NCBI RefSeq assembly: GCF_963921235.1
Contig: NC_086108.1
Span: 75,952,001 to 76,016,000 of the forward strand
Reading direction: 5' to 3'
Source of the DNA: Mobula hypostoma
Taxonomy: Eukaryota
DNA: 64,000 nucleotides
Shown: positions 59,193-64,000 of the stretch, piece after piece
Layout of the letters: every line of letters starts with the position of its first letter
How positions within the stretch are numbered: position 1 is the stretch's first letter
Notes under the pieces: model-generated
Told to the model about the DNA's origin: nothing
The model's input: the letters and a program-made list of their open reading frames with translations, nothing else
Databases searched by the model: none
Made by a program: the position numbers and the translations under genes

Positions 59193-59839
59193 TGAGTTTT
59201 AGAGGAAAGCCAGATAAACAGAAAGCATGTAAATCTTACACAGAGTACAAAGAGAGAACATCTGTGAAAACCTGAAGCAATACTACATACCAAGAATTTG
59301 CTTTCACAATTTTAGTTGTACAAATGTGATGTTCAATCAGGATGTCTAGAAGGGTTTGGGTAGAATGAAGCAAATCCATTTATTAAGATTTAATGAGTAA
59401 AAATTGTAGCTGGCTGCAGATGGAGAGATGGCCCAAGTCAGAAATTTGACATGTGCTTGAGAATGACTGTCTAGAAAAGATTAAAGGCTGGGTGAGTCTG
59501 GTGTTGGAGGAAATTGCATGTACTTTCAATTTAATTCATTGCCAAACTAATGGCTGAGGACAATAGTCCAAGGTGAAGGGAGTCAAAATGTGGCTGTCAG
59601 AATTTTTTAAAGTGATAAAAGACATAAAATAAAAACCAGGAGGTGAGTGTTTAGGTAACTAAGACTAACTTAAAAGCTGAAAATCAGGAAAATGGCTGAT
59701 GAGGGAAATCTAGCATACAAGTGGAAAATGCTAGCAACATGCAAATCAGGTTGTGGCTGCGAGGAGAGGAACAGAACTGACCTCTCAGATTGGAAAAATA
59801 GTTCTTTTGAAATATTCTTTGTGAATTATTCTATAAGGG

Positions 59840-59845
59840 AATAAA
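59840..59845 (+). terminator. Candidate MMACHC polyadenylation signal AATAAA (alternative at 59628-59633)
   Basis: AATAAA followed by G/T-rich sequence ~650 nt after the stop; not verified. Confidence 0.35.
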
Positions 59846-60582
59846 GTGGGTTTATTTTTATAGAGGATGTATTATGTATTCATGAGGATGTATTATGTAT
59901 TCATTCTGTGTTTTAATGTATCAATGTATGCTATAAAATATAATTATTTTAAAATGCTTTTTGTTTTCTTTATGATTATACTATTTAATTTGGACATCTA
60001 ATTCTCAGTTAAGGAAACAAGTAGAGCTTGCAGGGAAAATATGAAAGCTGATAGTTTGAGTAATTTTTGGTGACTTTGTTAACAAAGAAGTAAAATCTGT
60101 TTATATTCTGGATTGCTTTTGAAAGTTGTTCATTCAAAACAGTAATTGGAAGTAATAACACAAAATAAGCCCTGACATAGTAACATGACAGTCAACCTAC
60201 ATAATCTTTGTCAGCTTTTACCATTCCTGACCTTGTATTTATTTATAGGATCTCATTTATGTGCATCTCTGGTGAGATATTTATAATGCATTTCTTTTGC
60301 TTTTGAGAAGCCTGTGGTGAACAGCCTTCTTGAACTATAGCAGTCAGTGTCAGTAGACAGTATCACTGGCTCTGAAATCTAATAATGAATTAATTTCAAA
60401 GCCAGGATGATGTGATTTAAATTAAATCTGTATGTCTGGTAGAGCTGGCAAGAGTTATTAAGGTAGCCTAGATGAGTAAATGTAGTTTATTTTGTAGGCA
60501 TGTATGCCACATTCACAGTGCTGATGGTGATGGGATGAGTTTAATACTTACACCTGCTTTACCCTGGACAATATCGGCAGGA

Positions 60583-61400
60583 CGTTGATAGGATGCAAAA
60601 CTGGGCTGAGAAGTGGCAGATGGAGTTCAACCAGGTAAGTGTGAAGTGGTTTATTTTGGTAGGTCAAATATGATGGCAGAATATAGTATTAATGGTAAGA
60701 CTCTTGGCAGTGTGGAGGATCAGAGGGAACTTGGGATCCGAGTCCATAGGATGCTCAAAGCAGCTGCACAGGTTGACTCTGTGGTTAAGAAGGCAGACGG
60801 TGTTTTGGCCTTCATCAATTGTGGAATTGAATTTAGGAGCCGAGAGATAATGTTGCAGCTTTATAGGACCCTGATCAGACCCCACTTGGAGTACTGTGCT
60901 CAGTTCTGGTTGCCTCACTACAGGAAGGATACGGAAACCATAGAAATGGTGCAGAGGAGATTTACAAGGATGTTGCCTGGATTAGGGAGCATGCCTTATG
61001 AAAACAGGTTCAGTGAACTCGGCCTTTTCTCCTTGCAGCGACGGAGGATGAGAGGCGACCTGATAGAGGTGTATAAGATGATGAGAGGCATTGATCGTGT
61101 GGATAGTCAGAGGCTTTTTCCCAGGGCTGAAATGGCTGCCACAAGAGGACACAGGTTTAAGGTGCTTGGGAGTAGGTACAGAGGAGATGTCAGGGATAAG
61201 TTTTTTACGCAGAGAGTGGTGAGTTCATGGAATGGGCTGCCGGCAACGGTGGTGGAGGTGGGTATGATAGGGTCTTTTAAGAGACTTTTGGATAGGTACA
61301 TGGAGCTTAGAAAAATAGAGGGCTATGAGTAACCCTAGTAATTTCTAAGGTAGGGATGTGTTCGGCACAACTTTGTGGGCTGAAGGGCCTGTATTGTGCT
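60583..61400 (+). mobile_element. CR1 LINE 3' portion, young family, C-terminal ORF open for 239 codons
   Basis: [31 protein letters not shown]; tttctatgtttct tail. Confidence 0.93.
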
Positions 61401-61499
61401 GTAGGTTTTCTATGTTTCTAATATCAACCATGTTGACTGTAGTAGAAAGGACAATCATCCAACGTAGACTGACAGCATTCTTTGAGCACCAAGGGAGGC

Positions 61500-61720
61500 G
61501 ACAAAGAAGTGAAAATCTTAACCATTAATCACATGGAATGAACATCACCAATAGCTTGTTCTGGTCTAAACCTGTAAACCACAGCCAAGAAAGCTCACCA
61601 ACACCTCTATTACCTCAGGAGGCTAAGGAAATTTGGTCCTTATTGTTCCTTACCAATATTTATCGATGCACCACTGAAGACGTTCTTTTCAGATGCATAA
61701 TGGCTTGGTATGGTAACTGA
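61500..61720 (+). mobile_element. Decayed Rex1-like fragment
   Basis: LTNIYRCTTE..L..CIMAWYGN. Confidence 0.55.
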
Positions 61721-64000
61721 CCCAAAACAGCATCCGCAGTCCATTTCCCTTGATGGGCGCTGCCCGATCCACTGAGTTCCTCCAGCTTTTTGTGCCTTGC
61801 TCCAGATCTCTTAGCCTTTTGAGTCTGATCTGTCATTCAATAACTTGATTGTTACTTCATTCTGAATTCTTATGGAATCATTACAAATCCCCTCCTCCTC
61901 CCTCCTCTCCCCGCCCCCCCCTCCCCGGCTTATCAAGAATTACCTCAAAGAAGGTTCTGCTGCCTCCAGCCTTTGAAATTGAGAGTTTAAAAGGGACTGA
62001 GGGTCACACTAAAACACTAAATCTCAATCTTAAGTGGATGAGCTCTTGACTTAACTCCCTTATTACAATAATAATAACTTTATATAGCATCTTTCATAAA
62101 ACACCTTGATACAGGCGGCTCAAAGTGCTTCATACTTTTTTTCTAAAGATAAATCAATATAGTCATAAAAATGAGAAAAATTTAAAAATCAAAGACAAAC
62201 ATTGTATAGTATAAAATGTAATCAAATATACCAAATTTCAGCGCCTTGTAAAATTACTCAACGTCAACAGGGATTAAGTAGTCCTATAAGAAGGCCAAAT
62301 CTAAAAAAAAAACAGGGTTTAGAAGTGTTTTGAAATATTCCACAGTACTAGCCTGGTATGTATTTGTGTCACCTGGAGTTGCTTCACTTGGTGAGTGTTC
62401 TGCATTATATATAGACTAATTTTAGACTTGAGTGTTAAAAATAATATTTCAGTTACTTGTATTGATATATTTTCAAATATTTCAGTTCATTGATTGAGAT
62501 TTACACCTTACCAGAACATGCCAATCCTGAACTCTAACCAGCTGGTCTTTAAGCATCTCCAAAATGCCACATGTAGACTTGTCTGACAGCAGCTGCTCCT
62601 AATCAATGCTCCTTAATTCCTGTCTTATCCTGTTGTAATTTGCTCTCTCTCAATTTAGTACAAGATCCAATTTTATCCTTTAATCATAACTGACTTGAAA
62701 GATAATGAGTTCCCAAAATGTCCACCCACTATCAGGGTCTGTCGCCTAGTCTGGCTCATTTCCCAAACTTAATTCAAGTACGTTTTCTCCTCGAGTGGAC
62801 TCTCCACACACTGTTTCAAGATCCCCTCTTGGATGCACAGAATAAATCCTGCCCCATCTAAACGTCTTGTATTAAGGAAGTTAATACTGGCCAAATTAAA
62901 GTCTCACTATGATAGCTGTTGTTTTTGCACCTTTCCATATGTGGTCAGATTATCTTCCTCCACCTCATGATAGCTCTCGGGAGACTTCTGTCAGTGTAAT
63001 TGCATCTTTCTTATTTAGGAGTTCCATCCAAGTTGCTTCTGTGAATGCGCCCTCCATCCAGTGTGCTTCCTCAGAGTACAACTGTGACATTCTCTCTTAT
63101 CAATAATGCAACCCTCCACTTCTCTATCACATTATCATATAATATGGAGTCCATTCTTGATCCTATATTTGGACATCACTTGAGTTGTCATTGACTCACT
63201 ACAGATAACCAGCTTTTTACATTAATTATTGCTCCATAGATAATTAAGCAGAAAAACAGGCTTGGTAGAAATGTAGATATCAGGCATCATTTGGGCAGAC
63301 AAATAATGTTTCAGGTCATTTGCCTTGCATTGTATCTGATAAGAGTAATTGAAGGAGCAGGGGAAAGTGGGTACAATGATAAGGCTAGAAAGAAGGAAAC
63401 TGAAAGATTAGATTCAAAGGTAAAAATGATTTAAGTATTGAAAGGGAGAATCGTTCCAGGCAAAATTGTGATAATCGTTAAAATAAAACAAAACATGGGT
63501 CTAGAGGAGTAGTAAAGTAGTTACTCATTGCTTGCTGTCTGTAAATAAATAATAGCAGTACTCATGACTTGAAATGATTGAACTTAGTTTTGAATCTACA
63601 AGACAGTAAAGTGCTCAAACTAAAGATGAGGCTTTGTTTCTTGATCTGAAATGGAACCTTTTAATTCATATTATACCAAGTCATTTATCAGTTGTACTTT
63701 AATTTGAGGAGTTTATTTTTAATGTGGCTATTCTCCACAATTTACACCAAGAAGGAAAAGATGGGGTGTATTGTCATCAGCACTTTATATCTAAACTGCT
63801 GGGGTAAACATTTGCTCAGAGCATTACTCTAAGCAATGGCTTTTTTTGCAACCTAATCAAGAACCCATTGCTGAAAGTTACATATAAACATTTTAAAACT
63901 TTCAAACCCTAACTTCAGTTTGCACTCTTGATTTTCAATAAAGATTGATGTTATAAACATACATGGGAACAGAAAGAATTACAATTTTGCCAGAAGTGCT

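Noticed and set aside
59864..59905. Short tandem duplication gaggatgtattatgtattcat x2 (also an A-rich 21-mer duplication at ~13590-13630)
   Set aside because: Ordinary slippage duplications; two units with no spacers, so not CRISPR-like.
59200..64000. PRDX1 last exon expected antisense downstream of MMACHC from human synteny
   Set aside because: No VCPAGW-like coding sequence found by eye; it may lie outside the window.

Overview
AT-rich, repeat-dense vertebrate genomic DNA. The repeat content (CR1, Rex1/Babar, Penelope, Tc1, Tigger, hAT) suggests a cartilaginous fish, probably a ray; this is an inference. Two spliced host genes lie head-to-head across a very compact CpG-rich promoter (~46.64-47.2 kb). 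(1) MMACHC (cblC) on +, four coding exons join(46977..47048,50222..50416,52042..52194,58899..59192), 237 aa. (2) A CCDC163-like coiled-coil gene on -, with a probable non-coding exon 1 (donor at 46840) and ten phase-compatible GT-AG coding exons from 39645 down to 3306 (331 codons, no stop reached, so it probably continues beyond the window). The shared promoter has a ZNF143/THAP11-type SBS motif. Introns contain nested transposons, including an internally deleted Academ-like element with a Cys8 finger, a ~3 kb palindromic Penelope insertion carrying two minimal hammerhead-ribozyme motifs, two Tc1 elements, Tigger copies, hAT elements and a solo LTR. Most ORFs in the supplied track are TE fragments or their antisense shadows. 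Family and orthology calls rest on recalled sequences and motifs; no database search was run.
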